Source: Octopus vulgaris (Eukaryota). From it: a stretch of DNA of 64,000 bases. The stretch covers positions 22,320,001 through 22,384,000 of the forward strand of contig OX597841.1 in NCBI GenBank assembly GCA_951406725.2, given 5' to 3'. Under the pieces are notes generated by a model that worked only from the letters and a program-made list of their open reading frames with translations, searched no databases and had not been told where the DNA came from. The position numbers and the translations under genes are program-made. This document shows, one piece after another, positions 36,813-49,850 of this stretch (its first letter is position 1; the number at the start of each line of letters is the position of its first letter).

Positions 36813-39800
36813 ATCATCATCACCATCATCGTTTAACGTCCGTTTTAAGAGCTAGCATGGGTTGGACGGTTCGACCGGGGTCTCGTAAGCCATGGAGGCT
36901 GCACCAGGCTCCAGTCTGATTTGGCAGTGTTTCTACAGCTGGATGCCCTTCCTAACGCCAACCACTCCGTGAGTGTAGTGGGTGTTTTTTACGTGCCACC
37001 GGCACAGGAGACAGAGCAGGCTGGCAAACAGCCACGATCGGTTGGTGCTTTTACGTGTCACCGACACAGACGCCAGTCAGGCGACGCTGACAAGAATAAA
37101 ATTCTAATCATTCTGGATTATGCATTAACTGGTGTAGTCGGTGTCCCTGGAGTTACCATAAGTAAACAAATGACAAGAAGATCTAGGACTGTTATTTATT
37201 ACAACCCCTTATAAAGATACAAGGTAAATGTCTTACAAATTGTGAAGTAACAGGTTTGGCAAGTTTTAACGAACTCTATCTGGAACAGTGGGAGTTGTAT
37301 CACAGTTGAAATTCTGTAGCATGTTCATGGTTTGATTCTGTGTGTTGGGCAGCATCTGTTGTTGTGATCTGTCCGTTGCTGTAGAGGAAGTACAAGTTTA
37401 CCAGGCCAGAGAGATAGAGATCAGGATGAAGACAGAAACAGGAGTGCCGCCACAAAGGAGACACATGGTTACCCAGCCTGAGGGAAATGCAGGAGAAGGA
37501 GATAGAGGGTGGGAGACAACACGATGGAGATACTGGCAAAATGATGGGCGTATTCACTAGGGAGGGGATCAGAACATAAATGGGGATGGTTGAGTAAGGG
37601 AAGAAAGAGATATAGATGGTGGCAAGGGCCAGGACATACCCTTAAGGTTCAAACGTCATAATATAAGGGACAGGATACTGTAAATGTGGCGAGCTGGCAG
37701 GAACGTTAGGCTCTGAGTTCAAATTCCGCTGAGGTCGACATCCTTTCGGGGTCGATTAAATAAGTACCAGTTACGCACTGGAGTCAATGTAATCGACTTA
37801 ATCCCTTTGTCTGTCCTTGTTTGTCTCCTCTATGTGTTTAGTCCCTTGTGGGTAGTAAAGGAATAGGATACTGCAAAGGAAGCATGATTAGAGTGTAGGG
37901 GGTGTTGAGTTTTAACGAACTCTATCTGGAACAGTGGGAGTTGTATCACAGTTGAAATTCTGTAGCATTGGTTATGAGTTTTGCTTGCGAGTTAACTGTG
38001 GCTGGTTCATCTTGATGTACCTGTGTGTTGGTTATGCATTCACTGGTCTAGTCTGTCTGCCTGGAGTTACCGAATACAAAAGAATGACAAGAAGAACCAC
38101 GTAAATTCAATGCGATTTATTTATTACAACCCTTTATAAAAATACATGGCAAATGTCTTACATATTGTGAAGTAACAATATGGTTTGGCAAGTTTTAACG
38201 AACTCTATCTGGAACGGTGGAAGTTGTATCACAGTTGAAATTCTGTAGCATCTTCCTGGTTTGGTTCTGTGTGCTGGGCAGCATCAGTTGTCCTGATCTC
38301 ATCTCCATCTCTCCTTCTTTCTCTCTGCACAAAAACGGTAAGGACCATTCCTTATATAATGACTGGTGGTCCGGAAGAGAAACTAGTATTTTCAGTGCTT
38401 GCAATTTCACTTGGCTTCATGTATTTTCTCATTTGTAATAATTGAACCCTTTTGTTACTGTATTTATTTTGAGATGCTCTGTTTCTTTCAATTACTTTAA
38501 ATATAACAAAGAATTTAGTAAAATAACTTAGTTATCATTGAGCTAGTGTTAGGAGCATAAATTGTGACTAAGATTTGGTGGAAGATTTGTATTCAAAACT
38601 TATGGAAACAAGACATTTGTAATCAGAGCCAGAGCCGGTTAGTAACGAAAGGGTTAAAGATTAATAGCCAGGAAGACAAATATAAATGTTGGGTTTCTTT
38701 CAGTTTCCCTCTAAAAAATCCACTCACAAGGGTTTGTTCGGCTTAGTTTTCTAGTAGAATAGACTTGCATAAGGTGCCATGTAGTGGGACTGATCCCAGA
38801 AGCATGCAGTTGGGAAGCAAGGTTCATACCTATTTCTTTACTACCCACAAGGGGCTAAACACAGAGAGGACAAACAAGGAAAGACAAACGAATTAAGTCG
38901 ATTATATCGACCCCAGTGCGTAACTGGTACTTATTTAATCGATCCCGAAAGGATTAAAGGCAAAGTCGCCCTCAACCGTATTTGAACTCAGAACGTTAGC
39001 GGCAGATGAATTACCGCAAAGCGTTTCGCCCAGCATGCTAACGGTTCTGCCAGCTGGCCGCCTTGCTTAGGAAGCAAGGTTCATACCACACGGCCACACC
39101 TATTGGTTTTAACAGATTCTTAAAATTCATGCAAGACAAAATTTAAAACCTACACAAAAGTTGCTTTTAATAAAAAAAAAATATCCCACAGGTGAGTTAC
39201 CTGAGATGTGGTGAAATAAACTCTGGAGTTAGGAGGCTGTTATCACACACAGCTCTATCTCCTCTCCTGGGTGATTACATTTATAGTTAGAGAGAGTGTC
39301 CCTTATTCTTTATGTTTTGGCATAGAAGGAACTTCCACAATTACAACAATTCCCTGATGAATAGTTTGGTTAATGCCATGGAGAAAGCCCACAACACTAC
39401 CACAATTTTAGAAGCTCAAAATGCTTATTGTTCTTATGAATTGTCACATTGATAGTCATACATCTATATGAATAGATACACATTTAGTTAACAGCAGAAG
39501 TACCGAGCGGTCATTTACACCAATTCTGCTTATTACTTTTTAATTTCTACAACTGTATTGAATGTGCAATCATGAGCATCATATCAAGTATATGTGCATA
39601 GATATATATTTTTCACATGTAAATAAATGCTAAAAGAATGTATTTTCAAATCCTTTATTCAATGCATTTGCTGATATTTAAAATAAATTGTATTAAATGT
39701 GATTTTCAATGACAGTCAAAAATGGTCCCCTATGGTCCTTGTAGGAAGTAAGAAATGTTGTTACTTGTAGGGTTAGCTCTTTAGCATTTAAAGTGGCCAT

Positions 39801-40027
39801 ACCTGGTCCAAATTTTCTATCTATCTTACAGTCAAACTAGCCAGAGTTGGCCTCTTGCACCTACCCTACAATGTCATTCTAAATACAAACAATCATATCG
39901 TAAAAACTTGAAAGCTGTGAGATAATGTAAGACAATTTGAAAATAATGTGAATAAATAAACATCACATTCGAAAGAATAACCTGCATGGTAAAGGGTTCA
40001 GTCACCACTCACAGAGAAAAGGTTTTC

Positions 40028-41686
40028 TCATGTATGAATACGCTTGTGAGAAGTTAAGGCACTACTACGAGAGAATGATTTGCCACAGATGTTACACTGA
40101 TATGGCTTCTCTCCTGTATGAATGCGTTTGTGAGAATTGGAAGCACTTTGGTCAGAGAAAGATTTACCACAGATGACACAGTGATATGGCTTCTCGCCAG
40201 TATGAATACGTTTGTGTCTAGTCAAATTGTTATTTGTAGACAATGATTTACCACAAATGTCACAGCGAAATCGCTTTTCCCCTGTATGAACAATCGTGTG
40301 TGAATTTAAAGCACTCTGTTGAGAGAATGATGTACCACAGACATCACAGTGAAAGGGCTTCTCTCCTGTATGAATACGTTTGTGTACAAGCAATTCGTAA
40401 CTTGTACAGAATGATTTACCACAGATATCACAGTGGTATGGCTTCTCTCCTGTATGGAAACATTTATGGGTAGCTAAGTTGCCAAGTTGAAAGAATGATT
40501 TACCACAGATTTCACAGGGAAATGGCTTCTCTCTTGTATGAATACGTTTGTGACTATTTAAGAGACCTTTTTGTGAGAAAGACCTTTTACACACATCACA
40601 GTGATACGGCTTCTCTCCTGTATGGATATATTTATGTTTAGCAAAGTAGTCATTTCGGGAGAATGACTTACCACAGATATCACAAGAATAAGGTGTCTCT
40701 CCTCTATGAATACGCTTGTGAATAGTCAGATTACAACTTACAGAGAAAGACTTGTTACAGATGTTGCAGCAATATGGCTTCTCACCCGTATGAATACGTT
40801 TGTGAGAAGTTAAACTGCTTTTGCTTGAGAGCGATTTGCCACAGATATTACAAGAATATGGTGTGTTAACTGAATGAATATGTTTGTGCCTAACCAAGCC
40901 ACCTTTTTGAGAGAATGATTTACTACAGATGTTACACTGATATGGCTTCTCTCCTGTATGAACACGCTTGTGAGAAATGAAAGTACTTCGGTCAGAGAAT
41001 GATTTACCACAGATGACACAGTGAAATGGCTTCTCCCCTGTATGAATACGTTTATGAGTAATTAGGTTATTACTCAGAGAGAAAGATTTGTTACAGATGT
41101 TGCAGTGATATGGCTTCTCCCCTGTATGAATACGTTTATGAGAAGTTAGCTGATTACTGACACAAAAAGATTTGTTGCAGATGTCACAGTGATATGGTTT
41201 CTCTCCTGTATGAACACGTCTGTGAGCAGTCAAAGAACTGCTGCTAGAAAATGATTTACTGCAGATATTACAAGAATATGGTGTCTCTCCTGTGTGAATA
41301 CGTTTATGACCAGTTAAAGAACTACTGTGAGAGAACGATTTACCACAGATGTCACAGTGAAATGGCTTCTCTCCTGTATGAACACGTTGGTGTGAAATCA
41401 ACTCCGTTTTTTGAGAGAATGATTTACCACAGATTTCACAGTGAAATGGCATCTCTCCTGTATGAATACGTTTGTGTATAGTCAATTTGCTATTTACAGA
41501 GAATGATTTACCACAAATGTCACAGTGAAATGGCTTTTCACCTGTATGAATACATTTCTGCTTATTCAAGTTACCCTTTTCAGAGAAGGACTTTTTACAG
41601 ACATCACATTCGTGTGACAATATACGTCTCTTTTTCACTTTGTCTTCTAGAAAAGTCAAATCCTTTGGTTCCTCACTATTTTCCAT
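40028..41686 (-). CDS. C2H2 zinc-finger protein, gene 6 (19 finger units)
   Basis: 552-aa ORF; paralogue of gene 4 lacking 5 fingers. Confidence 0.95.
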   Translation of the reverse strand: MENSEEPKDLTFLEDKVKKRRILSHECDVCKKSFSEKGNLNKQKCIHTGEKPFHCDICGKSFSVNSKLTIHKRIHTGEMPFHCEICGKSFSQKTELISHQRVHTGEKPFHCDICGKSFSHSSSLTGHKRIHTGETPYSCNICSKSFSSSSSLTAHRRVHTGEKPYHCDICNKSFCVSNQLTSHKRIHTGEKPYHCNICNKSFSLSNNLITHKRIHTGEKPFHCVICGKSFSDRSTFISHKRVHTGEKPYQCNICSKSFSQKGGLVRHKHIHSVNTPYSCNICGKSLSSKSSLTSHKRIHTGEKPYCCNICNKSFSVSCNLTIHKRIHRGETPYSCDICGKSFSRNDYFAKHKYIHTGEKPYHCDVCKRSFSQKGLLNSHKRIHTREKPFPCEICGKSFFQLGNLATHKCFHTGEKPYHCDICGKSFCTSYELLVHKRIHTGEKPFHCDVCGTSFSQQSALNSHTIVHTGEKRFRCDICGKSLSTNNNLTRHKRIHTGEKPYHCVICGKSFSDQSASNSHKRIHTGEKPYQCNICGKSFSRSSALTSHKRIHT

Positions 41687-42383
41687 TTTATTTCTTTGAA
41701 AATCACAATAGATATATTTTTTCCTTCTCTTTGCCTCTACACTGTTTTGTTTACAAATATTTCAACTGCTGTATTTCTGTCCAGTAAATTTATCCAAGTT
41801 TAAATTCCACACAGACACATCTTGTAGACACTCCAGCCAGTGAAGTCCAGAAAGTTTGCTAAGAACACATTTCAAAGTGGAATTCTACGACACATTTTCA
41901 GAAACAATCTTATACATCTGTTCTGTACAATATTTTGGTCTTTAAAAGATGATAAATAATGAGAATGTATCTTCAGTTATACCAATGTCATCTGATATTC
42001 TGAAAGAATAAAGAACCAACAGTGTAAGATATAGAGGCTACTTAAAAAATACTGATTCAACATTTCCATAAAGATAAACTGTAGAAATAAACATTTACCT
42101 GAACAACAGAATTTTAAATTTATTAAAATTTACATCTTATGTGAAGCTAACATATTTGTAAACTCCAATTACACATTCACATTTAAAAATAAATACACAC
42201 ACAAGGCACAGGAGTGGCTGTGTGGTAAGTAGCTTGTTTACCAACCACATGGTTCCGGGTTCAGTCCCGTTGCATGGCACTTTGGGCAAGTGTCTTCTAC
42301 TATATCCTCAGGCCGATCAAAGCCTTGTGAGTGGATTTGGTAGACGGAAACTGAAAGAAGCCCGTCGTATATATGTATATATA

Positions 42384-43897
42384 GGTACTTGTCAAGTGTA
42401 GTGGTCCCGGTTTCGCACACGCGAATTCGCGCGCACGCGCCAGACGTAGGTGGTCGATACTCGAGATCCTACGAGGTGACTTGCGCATGCGCGTTAACCC
42501 CCTCCCCCAAAAAAAAATACGGATTTTTTAGATACCTTTCTGCTTTTTAAGACAAAAAGGTGTTGGATTTCACTAAAAATATATATGTGTGTGTGTCTGT
42601 GTGTGTATATATAACATTTTCAATTTTACACAAAAAAATTACATAGTCGCTTTCCTCGCGGATTTACAGATAAATGAATTAATTACTATTTTACAGAAGA
42701 AAATTAATGAATTAATTATATAAATTAAATAATTCTTGAAAATTAATTAATATTAATAATATTTTTTGAACAAAGTAAATAATTTATAAAACTTGAATAA
42801 TAATTTTTTTTACACAAATGCGAACGTATATAATTTGTGAACCTTTTTTTTTTTTTTTACAGACGTATATAATTTGGTAAACTTAATGAATTAATTTCTT
42901 CTCATCATCATCATCGTTTAACGTCCGTTCTCCATGCCAGCATGGGTTGGACGGTTCGACCGGGGATCCGGGAAGCCAGAAGGCTGCACCAGACTTCAGT
43001 CTTATCTGGCAATGTTTCTACAGCTGGATGCCCTTCCTAACGCCAACCACTCCGAGAGTGTAGTGGGTGCTTTTTACATGCCACCCGCACAGGTGCCAGG
43101 CGAGACTGGCAACGGCCACGGTCGGATTGGTGCCAGTCGAGGCAGCTCTGGCATCGGCCACGATTCGGATAGTGCTTTTTACGTACCACCAGTCCAGGGG
43201 TCCTGGCATCTGCCGGGTGCCACACTTGCCCCAACATGTCTTCGCAAGCAAAGGGGTTGGCATGGGTGCCTGTCGTCGGATGAGGTTCGATATCAACTTC
43301 GCTTGCCTCAACAGGTCTTTGTGTATAAATGTATAAATTTTTCGCACTAAATTCTTTCCGTAGAATTTATCAAAAAACGCGCAAAATTATTCCGTAGAAT
43401 TTATCAAATTAAAAAACGCAAAATTAATATATTTTTTGAAATTGCAAATTATTTAGAATATAAAACAAATGAAGTTAAATTTTAAAAATAAATGTCATAT
43501 ACTTATACTCTGTAAGGTGCTGTGTTCACACTTCAATTTACTATTTTCTAGAAATGTTGCTTTTCTAATTGAAACAATTTTTCTCAATCTCCATTTAAAA
43601 GTCCATCATGCCTCTTGAGCCATATCAAAATGAACAACTTTGAATTACGTGGTGGTGGTGGTGTGAGGTTCTAATTTTTTTTTCTGATCTCTCTTTGCTC
43701 CTCTTTACCTCAGTTGTTCATTCCGCTAATATTTAGAAAAATTTTCGCGCCCAATTTTTGTTGTCGCGGGAAAAGATGAACGATTTAAAATAAATATATC
43801 TTAATTGTAGTGTGAGAAAGTATATATATTCTGATGACAAAATATATTATCTTTCAAAAACATCCAAAATTTATAGACTATATCGTGTAGGTTTAAG

Positions 43898-43945
<48 letters not shown>

Positions 43946-44182
43946 GTATATAGTAGAGAATGAGACATCTTTCATCTGTCTCCCCACCACACCTCCATCT
44001 AGGGGGGCAAAGAGAGATCAGAAAAAAAAATTAGAACCTCACACCACCATCGGGGGGGGGGGACGCGCTTGCGCGAATCGCGCAACTCACCGCGTAGGAT
44101 CTTGAGTATCGAGTACTTGCGTCTGGCGCGCGCGCGCGAATTCGCGTGTACGTATCCGGGACCACTACACTTGACAAGTACC
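42384..44182. mobile_element. Same Merlin-like element in intron of gene 6
   Basis: Reverse complement of 22700-24482 at the same insertion point; flanks GTATATATA / GTATATGTA resemble a 9-bp TSD. Confidence 0.8.
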
Positions 44183-44818
44183 GTATATGTATATATATAT
44201 ATATATGTATGTTTGTGTGTTTGTGTTTGTCCCCCTAGCATTGCTTGATAACCGATGCTGGTGTGTTTATGTCCCCGTTACTTGGCGCTTCGGCAAAAGA
44301 GACCCATAGAATAAGTACTGGGCTTACAAAAGTATAAGTCCCGGGGTCGATTTGCTCGATTAAAAAGGCGGTGCTCCAGTATGACCGCAGTCAAAATGAC
44401 TGAAACAAGTAAAAGAGTAAAGAGTACACACACACACACACACACAGTGAGAACAGTCAAAATCAAAATCAAAGGAAATGAAATCAGATATCAGAAAGCA
44501 GAACCAAAATCGAGGTCGATCAACATCAGTGGAAGTTGCAGCAGTGGTTAAGCGAACCATCCGATCGTGGTCGCTGCCGGCGCCGCCTGGCCCCCGGCCG
44601 GTGGCAGCCTCGCTGGCCCCGGCCGGTGGCAAAAAGCACCCACTACACTCATTGGAGACAAGATCGGGATTCGTAGTGGGTGGGAAAAACAAATGGGGAA
44701 ACGATGGAGCGTGTAGAAGGTAGGCTCCATAGCTAGAAATAGCAGCCAAATGTCGCACACATCAAAGGACATCTAAAACACCAAAGTATTGAAAGATTAA
44801 ATGATTTCGTTGTTTAAT

Positions 44819-44990
44819 ACTTACGGAAAAGTCTTTATAAAGGATGGTGTTGTTGTTAGATGTGCGTCAGGTGGTTGAGAAATCTATTACAAATGTGTTT
44901 GGGAGTGAATTAAGAGAAATAATGGCACCAGACATGTGCGCAGAGATATCAGGAATGGAGGCGGAAATACGTTTAGTGCGCATGCGTATG
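44819..44990 (-). promoter_or_regulatory. Putative promoter and exon 1 of gene 6
   Basis: Donor at 44824, NRF-1 motif at ~44977, acceptor at 42001-42000. Confidence 0.65.
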
Positions 44991-45865
44991 AAACATTCAT
45001 TTCACATTTTGTCACAAGACCAGCAATTTCGGTGAGGAGGGGGGTGTGGTGCCCAAGTCGATTACGCGAAGCTTAATGGGTGGAAGCATTCCGTCGGTTA
45101 CGACGACGAGGGTTCCGGTTGATCCGAATCAACGGAACAGCCTGCTCGTGAAATTAAAGTGTAAGTGACTGAGCACTCCACAGAGACGTGTACCCTTAAC
45201 GTAGTTCTCGGGGATATTCAGCGTGACACAGAGAGTGACAAGGCCGGCCCCTTGAAATACAGGTACAACAGAAACAGGAAGTAAGAGTGAGAGAAAGTTG
45301 TGGTGAAAGAGTACAGCAGGGATCACCACCATCCCCTGCCGGAGCCTCGTGGAGCTTTTAGGTGTTTTCGCTCAATAAACACTCACAACGCCCGGTCTGG
45401 GAATCGAAACCGCTCTCCTATGACCGCGAGTCCGCTGCCCTAACCACTGGGCCATTGCGCCTCCACTAACGAACCTTAGTAGTCAACTGGTAATTTATTT
45501 TATTGACCCGCCAAAAAAAAGACGAAAGGCAAACCTGACCCCGAAACGATGAAAGCACAGTCGACTTCCCGGAGTTTCGGCATACGTAGAAAAGGTGCAC
45601 CCTGCCTACTGGATCGATTCAATCTGACGTGTGATTTAGGTAGGGGGATACTTTGGCTGCTATTTTTAGCGAGTCGAGCGGCCAGGTAGAGGCTCTTTCA
45701 TTGGTTTGATTGCGTGATGAGATTTTTTGACACCTATACGTACGTATATATATATATCATCGGCAGAAGTCTGAGAGTAAGTCAAAAGATAAGAGTTTCA
45801 AGTATTGGCACTCATGAAACACGAATTTGGCCATTGTCACTCTGTAACTTCTGCCTATCATTAAC

Positions 45866-45912
<47 letters not shown>

Positions 45913-48900
45913 CATCATCACCATCATCGTTTAACGTCCGTTTTAAGTGCTAGCATGGGTTGGACGGTTCGACCGGGGTCTCGTAAGCCATGGAGGCTGC
46001 ACCAGGCTCCAGTCTGATTTGGCAGTGTTTCTACAGCTGGATGCCCTTCCTAACGCCAACCACTCCGTGAGTGTAGTGGGTGTTTTTTACGTGCCACCGG
46101 CACAGGAGACAGAGCAGGCTGGCAAACAGCCACGATCGGTTGGTGCTTTTACGTGTCACCGACACAGACGCCAATCAGGCGACGCTGACAAGAATAAAAT
46201 TCTAATCATTCTGGATTATGCATTAACTGGTGTAGTCGGTGTCCCTGGAGTTACCATAAGTAAACAAATGACAAGAAGATCTAGGACTGTTATTTATTAC
46301 AACCCCTTATAAAGATACAAGGTAAATGTCTTACAAATTGTGAAGTAACAGGTTTGGCAAGTTTTAACGAACTCTATCTGGAACAGTGGGAGTTGTATCA
46401 CAGTTGAAATTCTGTAGCATGTTCATGGTTTGGTTCCGTGTGTTGGGCAGCATCTGTTGTTGTGATCTGTCTGTTGCTGTAGAGGAAGTACAAGTTTACC
46501 AGGCCAGAGAGAGAGAGATCAGGATGAAGACAGGAAAGGGTGTGCCGCCACAAAGGAGATACATGGTTACCCAGCCTGAGGGAAATGCAGGAGAAGGAGA
46601 TAGAGGGTGGGAGACAACACGATGGAGATACTGGCAAAATGATGGGCGTATTCACTAGGGAGGGGATCAGAACATAAATGGGGATGGTTGAGTAAGGGAA
46701 GAAAGAGATATAGATGGTGGCAAGGGCCAGGACATACCCTTAAGGTTCAAACGTCATAATATAAGGGACAGGATACTGTAAATGTGGCGAGCTGGCAGGA
46801 ACGTTAGGCTCTGAGTTCAAATTCCGCTTAGGTCGACATCCTTTCGGGGTCGATTAAATAAGTACCAGTTACGCGCTGGAGTCGATGTAATCGACTTAAT
46901 CCCTTTGTCTGTCCTTGTTTGATTCCTCTCTGTGTTTAGCCCCTTGTGGGTAGTAAAGGAATAGGATACTGCAAGGGAACCATGATTAGAGCGTAGGGGG
47001 TGTTGAGTTTTAACGAACTCTATCTGGAACAGTGGGAGTTGTATCACAGTTGAAATTCTGTAGCATTGGTTATGAGTTTTGCTTGCGAGTTAACTGTGGC
47101 TGGTTCATCTTGATGTACCTGTGTGTTGGTTATGCATTCACTGGTCTAGTCTGTCTGCCTGGAGTTACCGAATACAAAAGAATGACAAGAAGAACCACGT
47201 AAATTCAATGCGATTTATTTATTACAACCCTTTATAAAAATACATGGCAAATGTCTTACATATTGTGAAGTAACAGGTTTGGCAAGTTTTAACGAACTCT
47301 ATCTGGAACGGTGGAAGTTTTATCACAGTTGAAATTCTGTAGCATCTTCCTGGTTTGGTTCTGTGTGCTGGGCAGCATCAGTTGTCCTGATCTCATCTCC
47401 ATCTCTCCTTCTTTCTCTCTGCACAAAAACGGTAAGGACTATTCCTTATATAATGACTGGTGGTCCGGAAGAGAAACTAGTATCTTCAGTGCTTGCAATT
47501 TCACTTGGCTTCATGTACCTTCTCATTTGTAATAATTTAACACTTTCGTTACTGTATTTATTTTGAGATGCTCTGTTTCTTTCAATTACTTTAAATATAA
47601 CAAAGAATTTAGTAAAATAACTTAGTTACCATTGAGCTAGTGTTAGGAGCATATATTGTGACTAAGATTTGGTGGAAGATTTGAATTCAAAACTTCTGAA
47701 AACAAGACATTTGTACTCAGAACCAGAGCCGGTTTCAGCCGGTTGGTATTGAAGGGGTTAAACACACCTCTACATTTGGGCAGATGGACATAAGAACTTG
47801 GAAGGGTGTGAACTGAAGGAAATTAGGCTGTTATTTCTAGCATATAGAGTGACCACACTGAGGTCTCCATCTCTCATGTCTTCTGCTGATTAATTTTCTT
47901 AACCCTTTCATTACTGTATTTATTTTGAGATGCTCTGTTTCTTTCAATTACTTTAAATATAACAAAGAATTTAGTAAAATAACTTAGTTACCATTGAGCT
48001 AGTGTTAGGAGCATATATTGTGACTAAGATTTGGTGGAAGATTTGAATTCAAAACTTCTGAAAACAAGACATTTGTACTCAGAACCAGAGCCGGTTTCAG
48101 CCGGGTTGGTATTGAAGGGGTTAAACACACCTCTACATTTGGGCAGATGGACATAAGAACTTGGAAGGGTGTGAACTGAAGGAAATTAGGCTGTTATTTC
48201 TAGCATATAGGGTGACCACACTGAGGTCTCCATCTCTCATGTCTTCTGCTGATTAATTTTCTTCTTAACCCTTTCATTACTGTATTTATTTTGAGATGCT
48301 CTGTTTCTTTCAATTACTTTAAATATAACAAAGAATTTAGTAAAATAACTTAGTTATCATTGAGCTAGTGTTAGGAGCATATATTGTGACTAAGATTTGG
48401 TGGAAGATTTGAATTCAGAACTTATGGAAATAAGACGTTTGTACTCAGAGCCAGATCCGGTTAGTAACGAAACGGTTAAAGATTAATAGCCAGGAAGACA
48501 ATATGCTTCCTATAAATATAAATGTTGGGTTTCTTTCAGTTTCCCTCTAAAAAACCCACTCACAAGGGTTTGTTTGGCTTAGTATTCTAGTAGAATAGAC
48601 TTGCATAAGGTGCCATGTAGTGGGACTGATCCCAGAAGCATGCAGTTGGTTCATACCTATTTCTTTACTACCCACAAGGGGCTAAACACAGAGAGAACAA
48701 ACAAGGAAAGACAAACGAATTGTCGATTATATCGTCCCCAGTGCGTAACTGGTACATATTTAATCGACCCCGAAAACACGAAAGCCAAACTCGACCTCAG
48801 CCGAATTTGAACTCAGAACGTTAGCAGCAGATGAATTACCGCAAAGCGTTTCGCCCGGCATGCTAACGGTTCTGCCAGCTGGCCGCCTTGCATAGGAAGC

Positions 48901-49850
48901 AAGGTTCATACCACACGGCCACACCTATTGGTTTTAACAGATTCTTAAAATTCATGCAGGACAAAATTTAAAATATGCAAAAAAGTTGCTTTTAATAAAA
49001 AAAAATATCCCACAGGTGAGATACCTGAGATGTGGTGAAATAAACTCTGGAGTTAGGAGGCTGTTATCACACACAGCTCTATCTCCTCTCCTGGGTGATT
49101 ACATTTATAGTTAGAGAGTGTGTCCCTTATTCTTTGTTTTGGCATAGAAGGAACTTCCACAATTACAACAATTCCCTGATGAATAGTTTGGTTAATGCCA
49201 TGGAGAAAGCCCACAAAACTACCACAATTTTAGAAGCTCAAAATGCTTATTGTTCTTATGAATTGTCACATTGATAGTCATACATCTATATGAATAGATA
49301 CACATTTAGTTAACACCAGAAGTGCCGAGCGGTCATTTTTCACCAATTCTGCTAATTACTTTTTAATTCCTACAACTGTATTGAATGTGCAATCATGAGC
49401 ATCATATCAAGTATATGTGCATAGATATATATTTTTCACATGTAAATAAATGCTAAAAGAATGTATTTTCAAATCCTTTATTCAATGCATTTGCTGATAT
49501 TTAAAATAAATTGTATTAAATGTGATTTTCAATGACAGTCAAAAATGGTCCCCTATGGTCCTTGTAGGAAGTAAGAAATGTTGTTACTTGTAGGGTTAGC
49601 TCTTTAGCATTTAAAGTGGCCATACCTGGTCCAAATTTTCTATCTATCTTATGGTCAAACTAGCCAGAGTTGGCCTCTTGCACCTACCCTACAATGTCAT
49701 TCTAAATACAAACAATCATATCGTAAAAACTTGAAAGCTGTGAGATAATGTAAGACAATTTGAAAATAATGTGAATAAATAAACATCACATTCGACAGAA
49801 TAACCTGCATGGTAAAGGGTTCAGTCACCACTCACAGAGAAAAGGTTTTC

